A stretch of 54,482 nucleotides of DNA from an uncultured virus (IMG/VR IMGVR_UViG_2061766007_000234) (IMGVR_UViG_2061766007_000234), one strand, 5' to 3'. Shown: positions 19,793 to 29,652, counted from the first letter of the stretch. Made by a program: numbers and translations. Notes: generated by a model not told the origin, from the sequence alone.

Positions 19793-20137
19793 ATGAACGA
19801 AGATTTTACTTTTATCATCATTCCCGAATACTCAGAAAAGACAGCCCGCTGGCAGATAGCCGTTGATTTGTCCGGCACAAGATACAAGTTGCAGGTTTCA
19901 TATAATTCCAGGGCGGCGGGCTGGTATCTTAATATATGCGACCTCGATGAAAACCTGATTGTCGGCGGAATACGTCTTTCAGTCGGCAGTGACCTGCTGA
20001 AAAAATACCATGTTTCATGCCCAAAGTTGCCTAAAGGCGAACTGTGGCTTCTGGACGTTACAAATGACTATAAGACCGCCGAACTTGAACGTTTCAACTT
20101 TTCTACAAGATTCAAGTTCTGTTATGGAGAGGTGTAA
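19793..20137 (+). CDS. Baseplate plug-like protein
   Basis: 'YNSRAAGWYL'; synteny. Confidence 0.6.
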   Translation: MNEDFTFIIIPEYSEKTARWQIAVDLSGTRYKLQVSYNSRAAGWYLNICDLDENLIVGGIRLSVGSDLLKKYHVSCPKLPKGELWLLDVTNDYKTAELERFNFSTRFKFCYGEV

Positions 20138-20982
20138 TGGCATTTTTACGGCAGATTGAGCTCATTGTAGGTGCAAAAGGCGAAGACGGTTTCAAAATCA
20201 ATAACCTTCGCATCGCGTTTGAGATTGAAAAGACAGAAAAATCAGAGAACAACACCGGCAAGATAAGAATCTATAACTTGTCAAAAGATACTCACAACAA
20301 GATTTCCACGGCGGGGCTTCACTGCATCTTAAAAGCCGGGTATCAGGACGAAAGCATAAGAAGCATTCTTTTTGGCGACATTGTAAGGGGCGAAAGAAAA
20401 AAGAACGGCACAGAATACATAACGGAGCTTGAGGTCAAGGACGGCCGCGAAGCCGTAATGAACGGCTACGTTTCAGTTTCTTATGAAAAAAACACAGAAG
20501 CCCGGCTTATTGCGCAGGATATGCTTGACGTTATGGCTTTGCCCTACAAGGGCATAGAAAACATTCCGGCGTCCGCCGTTTATCCGGGTGCTTTTTCTGA
20601 CATCGGGCTTGCGTCCGACATCTTGAAGAAGGTTCTGAACCGCTTTGATTTGTATTACTGCATTCAGAACGAGATGGTCTACATTATGACCGAAAACAAG
20701 GAAGTTGAATCCACGGGTCTGCTGCTGTCGCCGGAAACAGGACTGCTGACAATTCCATGCGCGGTAAGCGACAAGACATCTGACGATGACAATAAGGCCG
20801 CAGCCGGAAACGAATGGACTTTCCGGACGCTGCTTTTCCCGCAGCTCAATCCGGGAGTAGCCTGCGTGGTGAACAGTCCAGAAATCGGACTGAATGCCAC
20901 GATGAAAATCAAGGAAACAAAGTTTGTCGGTGATAATTACGGACAGGATTTTTACATTGACATAAAGGCGGAGGTGCTTTGA
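20137..20982 (+). CDS. Baseplate hub protein
   Basis: 'IRIYNLS', 'LKAGY', 'LSPETGLL'. Confidence 0.75.
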   Translation: MAFLRQIELIVGAKGEDGFKINNLRIAFEIEKTEKSENNTGKIRIYNLSKDTHNKISTAGLHCILKAGYQDESIRSILFGDIVRGERKKNGTEYITELEVKDGREAVMNGYVSVSYEKNTEARLIAQDMLDVMALPYKGIENIPASAVYPGAFSDIGLASDILKKVLNRFDLYYCIQNEMVYIMTENKEVESTGLLLSPETGLLTIPCAVSDKTSDDDNKAAAGNEWTFRTLLFPQLNPGVACVVNSPEIGLNATMKIKETKFVGDNYGQDFYIDIKAEVL

Positions 20983-21821
20983 TGCAGGAACTTTCGGATT
21001 TTATGAAAGAATTCAATGACTATTATATGACTAGCGTGCACACAAGCATGCCCGCCGTAGTTGTGTCTTATAATGCGGCCACGCGCCGTGCCGTTATCCA
21101 GCCGTCAATCAAGCGCAGAATGGCTGACGGCTCATACATGAAATTTCCGATTCTGATTGACGTTCCGGTGCTTTATTCCGGCACTGTGGAATACACGATT
21201 CATTTTCCGCTGCATAAGGACGATGAAGTTCTGCTGTTCTTTGCCGAGCGCTGCATTGAGGAATGGAAGCTCAAAGGCAATGACAATATCGAAGACACAG
21301 ATCCGCGCCGCTATGACTTATGCGACGCATACTGTATTCCGGGGCTTCAGCCGCAGAAGTTCATTCCGGCCGTCGATGAAGATGCGCTGCAAATTATTCA
21401 TTACATAGACGGCAAGGAAAAGAGCCAGCTTGAGCTTGATGACAACAAGATGGAGCACCGCATAAAGGACGGCAATATCCATCTGTTTACGACTGATTCA
21501 AGCGGCACAAAAGAAACAAGCCTGCTTATGGACATAAACGGAAACATCAAGATGTTTGCCGGAAACGGCAAGGCTACGCTGAATATCTTGAACGAAGACA
21601 AGGTTGAGGTGAACGGCAATGACTACCACATGGTCAAATACGAGCAGCTCTGGAAAGCCGTGCAGCGGCATCTGGATAGTGAGAACGCCCATATACATAC
21701 CTGCACAGGCTGCGGTGCTCCGACCACGCCGCCGACACCGATAACTTTTCCTGTTGAGCCGTCAATGTGCGACACGGTTTTTACAAGGAAAGACCCGAAC
21801 GACACTCCTTATTCGGGCTAG
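20979..21821 (+). CDS. Baseplate central spike (Gp138-like)
   Basis: 'HTSMPAVV', 'DEVLLFFAERCI', 'RRYDLCDA'; C-terminal HxH. Confidence 0.8.
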   Translation: MMQELSDFMKEFNDYYMTSVHTSMPAVVVSYNAATRRAVIQPSIKRRMADGSYMKFPILIDVPVLYSGTVEYTIHFPLHKDDEVLLFFAERCIEEWKLKGNDNIEDTDPRRYDLCDAYCIPGLQPQKFIPAVDEDALQIIHYIDGKEKSQLELDDNKMEHRIKDGNIHLFTTDSSGTKETSLLMDINGNIKMFAGNGKATLNILNEDKVEVNGNDYHMVKYEQLWKAVQRHLDSENAHIHTCTGCGAPTTPPTPITFPVEPSMCDTVFTRKDPNDTPYSG

Positions 21822-21833
21822 AAGGATAAGACA

Positions 21834-22202
21834 ATGAAAGATTTGGTTATCGAAGAAGATACAACAAATTTCGTAAAGACATCCAAGCACAACTGGAAGT
21901 TTTCAGAAGATGAATATAACCATTACCGGCAGAAAGTGCGGCACTGCCTTTCGATTTTCTATCAGGAATGGTTCTACAACCGCGAGCTGGGTATTCCGTA
22001 TATACCGGACGAATACATGGACAATGCAACCCACAAGCGGATGATAGAGACGGCAATCAAAGACAGGGTTCTTGAGCTTGAGAAAGTTGAAAAGATAACG
22101 GAATTCAACGTCCGGCTTGATAAAGCCACAAGAACTTTTTATGTGTCTATTACGGTCAAGCTGGTTGACGGCGCAGAAATAGAGACAAATCTTGAGATAT
22201 AG
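21834..22202 (+). CDS. Baseplate wedge/sheath initiator (gp25/gpW-like)
   Basis: 'EWFYNRELGIPY'; synteny. Confidence 0.65.
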   Translation: MKDLVIEEDTTNFVKTSKHNWKFSEDEYNHYRQKVRHCLSIFYQEWFYNRELGIPYIPDEYMDNATHKRMIETAIKDRVLELEKVEKITEFNVRLDKATRTFYVSITVKLVDGAEIETNLEI

Positions 22203-22211
22203 AGGGGCTGT

Positions 22212-23669
22212 ATGGAATACGGAATAACAGACCAAGGCTTTGTCGTAAAGCCATTTTCAGTAATATTAAGAGAGCAGCAGGAAGAATTCAGGGCTTATTT
22301 CGGCGAAGACTTAGACCTTGACGATACTTCGATTACAGGTGCGTACATCAAGAACCTGAGTCTTAAATTTTCACAGTTCTGGGAACTGCTCGGGCTGCTG
22401 TATTCTACGTGCGACGTTGACGACAGCTTTTCTGTGTATTTGGATCGGCTCGTCAATTTTGTGAACGTCCAGCGGCTTGCGCCGACTAATACGGAAGTTA
22501 CTGTCGCCTGTTTCGGTTCTAAAGGCACGGTAATTCCGAAAGGCCACGTCATAAGAATTGAGGACGGCGCGTTCTTCACTAACAAAAAAGAAATCACGAT
22601 AAGCGAAGCAAGCCTTATCGTTATGAAAATCAGCATCAAGAATATTCTTGAAGGGCACAGTTACAGCTTTACGCTCAACGGCACGGCCGTTTCTTACGAA
22701 GCGCAGAGCGGAGACTCTAAGTCTGATATTCTTACCGGCTTGAAAACTGCTATAGAAACTGCCCTGCCGGATATATTTATCTATACAATCGAAGATGAGA
22801 TTATGCAGATTCTTACAGCAGACGGCTCGACAGCCTTTTCTTACAGCATGATAACGACTGAGAGCAACTTCATCAAAATCGAAGAAATCGGCAGCAAGGC
22901 TGTTTTTCAATGCAAAGATTCTGGCGAGGTTGTCGCGCCTATCGGTTATGTCAATACAATCGTCAACCCGATTTCGGGCTTTGATGCCGTCTACAATTAC
23001 GTGACAGGCATTACTGGCCGGAACGCCGAAAGCGATGCGGAACTGCGTATGCGGCTCGGCACAAGGCAGAGGCAGTCAGTTGCGAACGAAGTCGCCATAG
23101 GAAACTGGCTTCTTACAGTTCCGGGCGTTACATACACCAAGGTCTACAGCAACAGAAGCTCAGTTATAGACGAATACGGACGGCCGCCGAAATCATACGA
23201 ATCTGTTGTCATCGGCGGCGAGGCTGACGAAATTGCCAAGATGATATTTGACAAAGGACCGGCTGGAATTCAGGCTTACGGCAACCTTGAAACCGAGATT
23301 CAGGATTCAAACGGCGACACATGGAACATCGGTTTCAGCCGTCCGGTGAACAAATACATCTGGCTTGACATCAAGTACACATTGAACCCGGAAGAAACGC
23401 CGCCGCTCGACGTTGCAAGCGCAATCAAGGAAAAGATAACCGCATGGGCAAAAGACAACGTAGAAGTCGGCGACGATGTGATTTACCAGAAACTCTTCAA
23501 GCCTATCTACAGCATGGACGGCATAGCGTTTGTTGACATCAAGCTGGCATCTTCTGCCGACCTTACCCCGCCTGATCCGTCTGAATATGCAACGGAGAAC
23601 ATCGCCATCGGTCAGGTTGAAATAGCTGTTTTTGACCCGTCTATGATTGCTGTGCAGGAAGGTGACTAG
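22212..23669 (+). CDS. Baseplate J-like wedge protein
   Basis: 'YGITDQGF', 'GRNAESDAELR', 'PAGIQAYG', 'FSRP'. Confidence 0.85.
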   Translation: MEYGITDQGFVVKPFSVILREQQEEFRAYFGEDLDLDDTSITGAYIKNLSLKFSQFWELLGLLYSTCDVDDSFSVYLDRLVNFVNVQRLAPTNTEVTVACFGSKGTVIPKGHVIRIEDGAFFTNKKEITISEASLIVMKISIKNILEGHSYSFTLNGTAVSYEAQSGDSKSDILTGLKTAIETALPDIFIYTIEDEIMQILTADGSTAFSYSMITTESNFIKIEEIGSKAVFQCKDSGEVVAPIGYVNTIVNPISGFDAVYNYVTGITGRNAESDAELRMRLGTRQRQSVANEVAIGNWLLTVPGVTYTKVYSNRSSVIDEYGRPPKSYESVVIGGEADEIAKMIFDKGPAGIQAYGNLETEIQDSNGDTWNIGFSRPVNKYIWLDIKYTLNPEETPPLDVASAIKEKITAWAKDNVEVGDDVIYQKLFKPIYSMDGIAFVDIKLASSADLTPPDPSEYATENIAIGQVEIAVFDPSMIAVQEGD

Positions 23670-24580
23670 TGAAAGACTTAGAGAAGATTGATTTCCGGCA
23701 GTACAACAAGCCGCCTTACTGGCAGCAGTGGCTATGCCAGGACGACACCCTTAAGCTGGTACAGCTTTCCGATAGAGGCCTTGACGAGCTCAACGAAAAG
23801 GCTTTGAGCATCAAGGACGGCTTTGACCTGCAAAACGCTACAGGCATTTTCCTTGACCGGATCGGCAAAATACTGGACGAGCCGAGAAACGGAAACCCGG
23901 ACGAGGTGTACCGCGCTCTGCTTGAACTGAAAAAGCTGACGAACACTGCTGTTCCTGACGTGAACAGCATTATACGCGCCTTGCAGTTTCTGTATGACAC
24001 GGACGACATACATGTTTATCCGGCTTATCCGGCGGGCTTGAGAATAACCCATAACGGCGAAGGATTGCCGAACATAGATTTTCAGAAAATCCTTGCAAGG
24101 ATTATTCCGGCGGGTGTCGGTTATGAGACTGTAGAGCTGTTTAATTTTGTTGATGAGCTGACCGGCTGGTATGATGAATTCCTTATTTCATACGTTCAGC
24201 CGGAGCTTGTCGACCGGCTTGACGACGGCGGTGTAAGAAGAAATGCGCACGTCCTTTATTCCGGCGTAGATGTGCTGCCTACGGAAGTTGATTATTTATT
24301 CCGCAACGGCAGTGTCAGACGTGACGGCGAGGAGCTTTACAACGGCTTCTACACCAGAGAGAGCGATCAGGAAGTCAGCATACCGATATACCACCGCGGA
24401 AACGGCCTGACTGACTTGTTTGAGTGCCGGACAGCCCCTGATGCAGACACGGAAAGCATCACCGTTAATGAATCTTTGGATTATACGTACATGAAGCACG
24501 AGCTGAGAAGCGGCATCTACAGGCACAACGGTGAGCATATCCGCGATTCGCTGATACCTTTGCCGTGCCCTGACGAGTGA
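23669..24580 (+). CDS. Baseplate wedge (gpI/DUF2612-like)
   Basis: 'ATGIFLDRIGKI', 'PAGVG'. Confidence 0.7.
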   Translation: MKDLEKIDFRQYNKPPYWQQWLCQDDTLKLVQLSDRGLDELNEKALSIKDGFDLQNATGIFLDRIGKILDEPRNGNPDEVYRALLELKKLTNTAVPDVNSIIRALQFLYDTDDIHVYPAYPAGLRITHNGEGLPNIDFQKILARIIPAGVGYETVELFNFVDELTGWYDEFLISYVQPELVDRLDDGGVRRNAHVLYSGVDVLPTEVDYLFRNGSVRRDGEELYNGFYTRESDQEVSIPIYHRGNGLTDLFECRTAPDADTESITVNESLDYTYMKHELRSGIYRHNGEHIRDSLIPLPCPDE

Positions 24581-24608
24581 TACTATTTTTGATAATAAGG
24601 AGTTATAG

Positions 24609-25049
24609 ATGGAATTAAAAGACAGCTTGCAGCTAAAAGGTGTTTTCCACGTTGATGTAATTAAAGCCGGAACGATTATTGAAACTTATGAGGAAAACAA
24701 CATGATTGTCGATCTCTGCCGAAGCAATCTTGCGAGACTGCTGGCAGGAAATCCGCAAGGCTCGCCGGTTGGTAAAATCAGTTTCGGCACATCCGGCGCA
24801 GCTCCAGAGGTTACTGACACAACAATTACCAACGCGTATACGAAGAACATTGACGGCTACACGTTCCCGGAGGAAGGACGGGTGACATTCAACTGGTCTT
24901 TAGCTACGACAGAAGCGAACGGAAAATCAATTCTTGAATTCGGGCTGCTCTCGCAGAACGGCACATTGAATGCGCGGAAAGTAAGGGTAAACCCCATAAA
25001 CAAGGAATCTGATATTTCCTTGCAAGGAACTTGGACAATAATTTTTTAG
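24609..25049 (+). CDS. Tail-fibre attachment/collar protein
   Basis: 'EANGKSILEFGL', 'INKESDISLQGTWTIIF'. Confidence 0.6.
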   Translation: MELKDSLQLKGVFHVDVIKAGTIIETYEENNMIVDLCRSNLARLLAGNPQGSPVGKISFGTSGAAPEVTDTTITNAYTKNIDGYTFPEEGRVTFNWSLATTEANGKSILEFGLLSQNGTLNARKVRVNPINKESDISLQGTWTIIF

Positions 25050-25076
25050 CTAAAACTAAACTAAAAGGAGCGAAAT

Positions 25077-26471
25077 ATGGCTAATCTTAACGAAAAGGAT
25101 AAGTACGAACAGGGTATCTATCAGTTTGAAATAACAGACCCTCTGCAGGGAGGCGAAAACGGAGTTGACAACATCCCGACAAGGCAGTTGGCCAACAGAA
25201 CAAGATTCTTGCGAAATCAGTTCATTAACTACATCAAGGGCTATTCATATACGCCTGAAGCAAGGGTTGCGAGTACTGCGAACGTTAATTTCCTTGAGGG
25301 CGGCTCGATTGAAGTTGACGGCGTTGAAACAGAGATTGATGATGTCGTTCTGTTAAAAGACCAGACGGACGCAACCCAGAACGGCCTTTATGTGGTCAAG
25401 AGCGGCACATGGGAACGGCTGAACCCGTATATTGACGACACAATCAATATTTTTGAAAAGAAGATTGTGCCGGTAAAAGAAGGTGAAACCAATGCCGGAA
25501 AAATCTTTATGGTCAACAGAACAGAGGATTATACGCTCGGCAGAGATACCGTAGAATTCATCGAAACACTGTTCTCTTACACCGGCGGAGCTGGCAAAAT
25601 TGCCATCGGCAATCAGAATGGTGAGTTTCCAGGCTTGAATGCGGACAGCCTTGATGATATTTCGGCGCTCGTTGATGAAAGCAAAGCCCGCAACCTGCTT
25701 GATGTTCTTGGAATCCGTAGCGTTCATTCTGATGAACCGGCGACTGCTTCGGAAGTCGCGGCTGCAATCGCTGCGCTGAAAACACGCTTTGCAGAAAAGG
25801 GTTTTGACGGATTGCGATACTGCGATTACCTTGACCTTTCGTCTCTTACAGTTGACGGCACGACATATACATGGAACGCCGAGTACAAGAATCTGCGCCT
25901 TATGATAATGGGCTTTAATACGTACAAGTCTGCCGGTGATACGGAGAACACAAAGAACCATATCGTTATGCAGTTCAGAAACTGTGTGCTCAGCAGACGG
26001 ATGAACGCGAGCAATACAAATGCAAACGGATGGCAGGGTAGTGAGTTGCATACTTGGCTTAATAACCAGTTCAAGGCAGGTCTCATAGCTGCGCTCGGGA
26101 ACAACCTTGTAACGTTTAGGCGACTGATAAGTAACAAAGGAGCAACAATTTCCGGTGCAACAGGATGGAACTGGTACGATGAGACTGTTTTCCTTCCGTC
26201 AGAAACTGAGGTTTGGGGAACACAGGTTTGGGGCGAGAAATATTATAACGGATTCCAAGCTCAATTTCCGCCGTTTATGTTCAGTGTCTTGTATAAGGTC
26301 AAGAAACTTAATGGCTCAAGAATGTGGTGGTGGGAAGCTCAGCCGCATGACGGGACCACCTCCAGTTGGTGCCATTGCTACAGCCTTGGCAATGCCGGCA
26401 GCTACAGCGGTGCCACTGAGGCTGGCGGCGTTGCGCCCGCTATCTGTGTCGGCGTTGACGCCGACGCATAA
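25077..26471 (+). CDS. Tail fibre/receptor-binding protein with a C-terminal CLec-fold (DUF6273-like) domain; DGR target
   Basis: N-terminal 'QLANRTRFL'; C-terminal 'VFLPSETE', 'WWWE', 'GVAPAICV'; contains the VR. Confidence 0.85.
   Translation: MANLNEKDKYEQGIYQFEITDPLQGGENGVDNIPTRQLANRTRFLRNQFINYIKGYSYTPEARVASTANVNFLEGGSIEVDGVETEIDDVVLLKDQTDATQNGLYVVKSGTWERLNPYIDDTINIFEKKIVPVKEGETNAGKIFMVNRTEDYTLGRDTVEFIETLFSYTGGAGKIAIGNQNGEFPGLNADSLDDISALVDESKARNLLDVLGIRSVHSDEPATASEVAAAIAALKTRFAEKGFDGLRYCDYLDLSSLTVDGTTYTWNAEYKNLRLMIMGFNTYKSAGDTENTKNHIVMQFRNCVLSRRMNASNTNANGWQGSELHTWLNNQFKAGLIAALGNNLVTFRRLISNKGATISGATGWNWYDETVFLPSETEVWGTQVWGEKYYNGFQAQFPPFMFSVLYKVKKLNGSRMWWWEAQPHDGTTSSWCHCYSLGNAGSYSGATEAGGVAPAICVGVDADA
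26358..26439 (+). repeat. DGR variable region (VR)
   Basis: 82-bp ungapped match to 27090-27171 with 14 mismatches, all opposite TR adenines. Confidence 0.95.
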
Positions 26472-26479
26472 TCTTGAAA

Positions 26480-26502
26480 TCACGCCCCCTTGTGGGGCGT
26501 GA
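26480..26502. other. Hairpin/cruciform downstream of VR (DGR homing element candidate)
   Basis: TCACGCCCC-CTTGT-GGGGCGTGA; second hairpin CCCGC-GTA-GCGGG at 26536-26548. Confidence 0.65.
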
Positions 26503-26580
26503 AAAGGGAATATATGCTATAATAAAAAAGCCGTTCCCGCGTAGCGGGTCGAAAAAATTAAGGGAATGGAGCATATCAAA

Positions 26581-27060
26581 ATGAGTGTACTTAAAAACAA
26601 GCGCGGACTGTCAAAAATGGAATTCTATCACAATGCGCGGAAGCTGCGCAAAGAAATGACAGAACTTGTCCGGCGTGATTTCGGAGTACATTCACGGCGA
26701 AACGCTTCAAAACTAGATCCGTCATTGCCGGACGACTGGTATGATGAGGATATGGCTGAAATTGCACGGAACATAAGGCTTCTGCTTAGAAACCTTATGT
26801 GGAACATTACCGCTGCAAATACAATTTATGCGAAGAATGAGCTTGAGCTCGCGAAACGACGCGAGTATCAGACTGCGGCAATAATAAACTGCCAGCAGCT
26901 CATTCAGGAGCTTGAATTCTGCTGCGACACGCTTCCGCTGCGTGTTGATAAGCTGCAGCCGTATCTGGAAGCGATCAGCTTTGAAATAAAGCTGCTCAAA
27001 GGCTGGCGGAAATCGGGCAATAAAATTTCTGTACCGTTTGCAGAAAAGCCCGATTTATGA
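26581..27060 (+). CDS. avd: DGR accessory variability determinant (Avd-like)
   Basis: 'MSVLKNKRGLSKMEF', 'AANTIY', 'RREYQ', 'LLKGWRKS'; lies between target gene and TR. Confidence 0.8.
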   Translation: MSVLKNKRGLSKMEFYHNARKLRKEMTELVRRDFGVHSRRNASKLDPSLPDDWYDEDMAEIARNIRLLLRNLMWNITAANTIYAKNELELAKRREYQTAAIINCQQLIQELEFCCDTLPLRVDKLQPYLEAISFEIKLLKGWRKSGNKISVPFAEKPDL

Positions 27061-27089
27061 TGTATAATAAGACAAGGGTGTTCCCTGTA

Positions 27090-27171
27090 ACCTCCAATTG
27101 GTGCAATTGCAACAACAATGGAAATGCCAACAACAACAACAATGCCACTGAGGCTGGCGGCGTTGCGCCCG
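27090..27171 (+). ncRNA. DGR template region (TR)
   Basis: AAC/AAT-rich copy of VR located between avd and RT. Confidence 0.95.
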
Positions 27172-27461
27172 ATTCCGTGAGGCGGCACACGTCAGGCTTT
27201 TTTAAGCCGAGCCGTCCGACACAGAAGGAGGAAACATCCTGCGGACTGGCTTTAAGCCCCCGCAAAAAGTTGTTCTGACACGCCCGTGCGGACGCGGACG
27301 GGAAACCGTCCATGCATGGCGCTCATGTTTACGGCGGAGCGTTTCATGCACGGTGGCGCAGGCGGCATATTCCGTAAGACGGGCACAGGTTCCGGCGTGG
27401 GAGCCTGACAACTGTCCGTATGCCGTGCAGGACTGGGTTTTATTTTTTTTAGGAGAACGCG

Positions 27462-28601
27462 ATGAGCGACAAAAGACATGAAGCACGTTATCAGCGGCGG
27501 AAAGCCCGCCGTGAGCAGAAACGCGCCGAAAAAATCGGGCGGTTCGACGACTTCAATCTTGTGACGGATGCCGACAACCTGTACGCTGCTTTCAAACGGT
27601 CGAAGCGCGGCGTTACGTGGAAAGAGAGCGTCCAGCGCTATGAAGCAAATCTTCTTGCAAACGTGATAGAAACCAGACGGAAACTTCTTGCCGGAGAAGA
27701 TGTGCGCCGTGGCTTCGTTGAATTCGACGTTAACGAGCGCGGAAAGATGCGGCATATCAGGAGCGTGCATATCTCCGAACGTGTTGTGCAGAAATGCCTG
27801 TGCACAGAAGTCTTGTCTCCGATTCTGGAACGCCCGCTTATTTATGATAACGGCGCGTCTATCCGGGGCAAAGGAACGTATTTTGCTACAAGCCGGCTTG
27901 TAACGCATCTCCGGCGGTTTTACAGGGCAAACGGCAATTCAAATGACGGATATGCCCTTATCATCGATTTCAGAAAGTATTTTGACAGCATAGACCACAA
28001 GGTTCTTGCAGACCAGCTCGGACGGTATATAAAGGACGTGCACATAAGGAAACTTCTCTGGTCTTTTATCCAGGCGTTCGGACCGGAGAAGTCGCTCGGG
28101 CTTGGAAGCGAGATTTCTCAAATCTGCGCCGTGTTCTTTCCGAACAGGCTTGACCACTTCATCAAGGAAAATCTGCGCATAAAATACTACGGCCGGTTCA
28201 ACGACGATATGTATCTCATTCACCACAGCAAGGAATTTCTTAAAGACTGTCTGAATAAAATCAGGCGGGTTTGCGAAGAGCTCGGGATAACGCTGCATGA
28301 CAAAAAGACGCGGATAGTCCGGCTTACGCAGGGAATAAACTTCCTTAAAGGCCGCTACATTCTCACATCAACAGGAAAAATACTTAAGCTACCGAACCGC
28401 GATTCAACTCTGCGTATGCGCCGGAAGCTCAAGAAATTTAAAGGGCTTTGCGACAGTGGCTTTATGAAGCCGTCTGACATATGCACGTCGTACCAATCAT
28501 GGCGCGGATGCTATAAAAAGCGTTTCGACGCTTATTTCAGAATAAAGCGAATGGACAGGCTCTATAACGGGCTGTTCTTATACGGCACTGTGAGTGCTTA
28601 A
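27462..28601 (+). CDS. DGR reverse transcriptase
   Basis: 'ERGKMRHI', 'DFRKYFDSI', DGR-type 'LGSEISQ', catalytic 'RFNDD', 'INFLKG'; AGGAG RBS. Confidence 0.95.
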   Translation: MSDKRHEARYQRRKARREQKRAEKIGRFDDFNLVTDADNLYAAFKRSKRGVTWKESVQRYEANLLANVIETRRKLLAGEDVRRGFVEFDVNERGKMRHIRSVHISERVVQKCLCTEVLSPILERPLIYDNGASIRGKGTYFATSRLVTHLRRFYRANGNSNDGYALIIDFRKYFDSIDHKVLADQLGRYIKDVHIRKLLWSFIQAFGPEKSLGLGSEISQICAVFFPNRLDHFIKENLRIKYYGRFNDDMYLIHHSKEFLKDCLNKIRRVCEELGITLHDKKTRIVRLTQGINFLKGRYILTSTGKILKLPNRDSTLRMRRKLKKFKGLCDSGFMKPSDICTSYQSWRGCYKKRFDAYFRIKRMDRLYNGLFLYGTVSA

Positions 28602-28653
28602 AATCAGAACCATGCGTTTGCTGCCGGAAGCGCATAAAACAGGGGGCAAGCGG

Positions 28654-29013
28654 ATGGTATATCTTGCAAAGAAAGATGGCGGCGTGGTGCATCACACCAG
28701 CCTTGAAGCGATGAAGCAAATGGACGGCATAGAAAAGCCTGACATGGAAATTTCTGATGAGGAATTTGAGGCTGCCGGTTGCCAGGCACGCATTATTAAC
28801 GGAAAAATCTTCATCGGCAAAACCGATGAAGAAAAGCAACGTGCTGATGCGGAGGTGAGAATCCGTCTGCTAAAGGAAAAGCTCGCCGAAACTGACTACA
28901 TTGCAGCCAAAATTGCCGAAGGCAGCGCGACGCCAAAGGAATATGAGGAAAAAATTGCAGAACGCCAGGCATGGCGGGCTGAAATCAACGAGCTTGAAAA
29001 ACTGATTGCATGA
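28654..29013 (+). CDS. Tail-fibre assembly/chaperone-like protein
   Basis: 'LAETDY...KIAEG...RQAWRAEINELE' pattern typical of genes after tail fibres. Confidence 0.6.
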   Translation: MVYLAKKDGGVVHHTSLEAMKQMDGIEKPDMEISDEEFEAAGCQARIINGKIFIGKTDEEKQRADAEVRIRLLKEKLAETDYIAAKIAEGSATPKEYEEKIAERQAWRAEINELEKLIA

Positions 29014-29056
29014 TGCCGTAAGGTGTCAGCCGTTCAGTGTTAAAAAATAATATCTG

Positions 29057-29103
29057 CCGGAATTGACAGAAACTTTGTTTCTGCCAGTGCCGGCTTTTTT
29101 TTT
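29057..29103 (+). terminator. Intrinsic terminator
   Basis: GCCGG…GACAGAAAC-ttt-GTTTCTGCC…CCGGC stem followed by a T run. Confidence 0.55.
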
Positions 29104-29118
29104 GCATAGGAGAAAATA

Positions 29119-29652
29119 ATGTGGGAAGCGATTGAGAGAGTGCTTGTAAGCCCGAACGCATTGCAAACCATTATCAGCATTATTCTGATTTTGTTGATAG
29201 TGGTGATGATGATAAAGACCGGCATGATCCGTATACATACGAAACATGTGCAGGTCGGCCAGACAAGAAGCGAAAGCGATACAGAGAGAGCGATTATCAG
29301 AGAACAGTGCGATTTTACTCATACTTATCTGAAAGGGCTCATCGGAAAGATTCAGAAAGTGACGCCAGACCTGCTTTATGACGGATACTTCACAAGATAC
29401 ATACTCGAAGTGGTCTATGATGAATTCGTCAACTGGATAACGTTCAATCATATCGAGGATTCTGAGGAATACATAAGCACGAAACAGAAAAAAATCAGCT
29501 CGCTCGTTTACAGCATGGGTGTGCGTGATGAATTCAAGACGCCGGAATTCAACAAGCGGATGTGTAACTGGGTAGAAGAAATACTCCGCGAACTGGTCCG
29601 AATCAGGCGCATATACTTAAGAAACAGCAAGGTGGTGCACAATGAAATATAA
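29119..29652 (+). CDS. Holin-like membrane protein (one N-terminal TM)
   Basis: Single TM segment, directly upstream of the endolysin. Confidence 0.5.
   Translation: MWEAIERVLVSPNALQTIISIILILLIVVMMIKTGMIRIHTKHVQVGQTRSESDTERAIIREQCDFTHTYLKGLIGKIQKVTPDLLYDGYFTRYILEVVYDEFVNWITFNHIEDSEEYISTKQKKISSLVYSMGVRDEFKTPEFNKRMCNWVEEILRELVRIRRIYLRNSKVVHNEI

Noticed and set aside
27057..27278. 73-aa Asn-rich ORF
   Set aside because: It is the translation of the DGR TR (AAC repeats), not an independent gene
27462..28601. Group II intron or retron RT
   Set aside because: Has the GxxxSQ motif, avd and a TR/VR pair; no maturase/endonuclease extension
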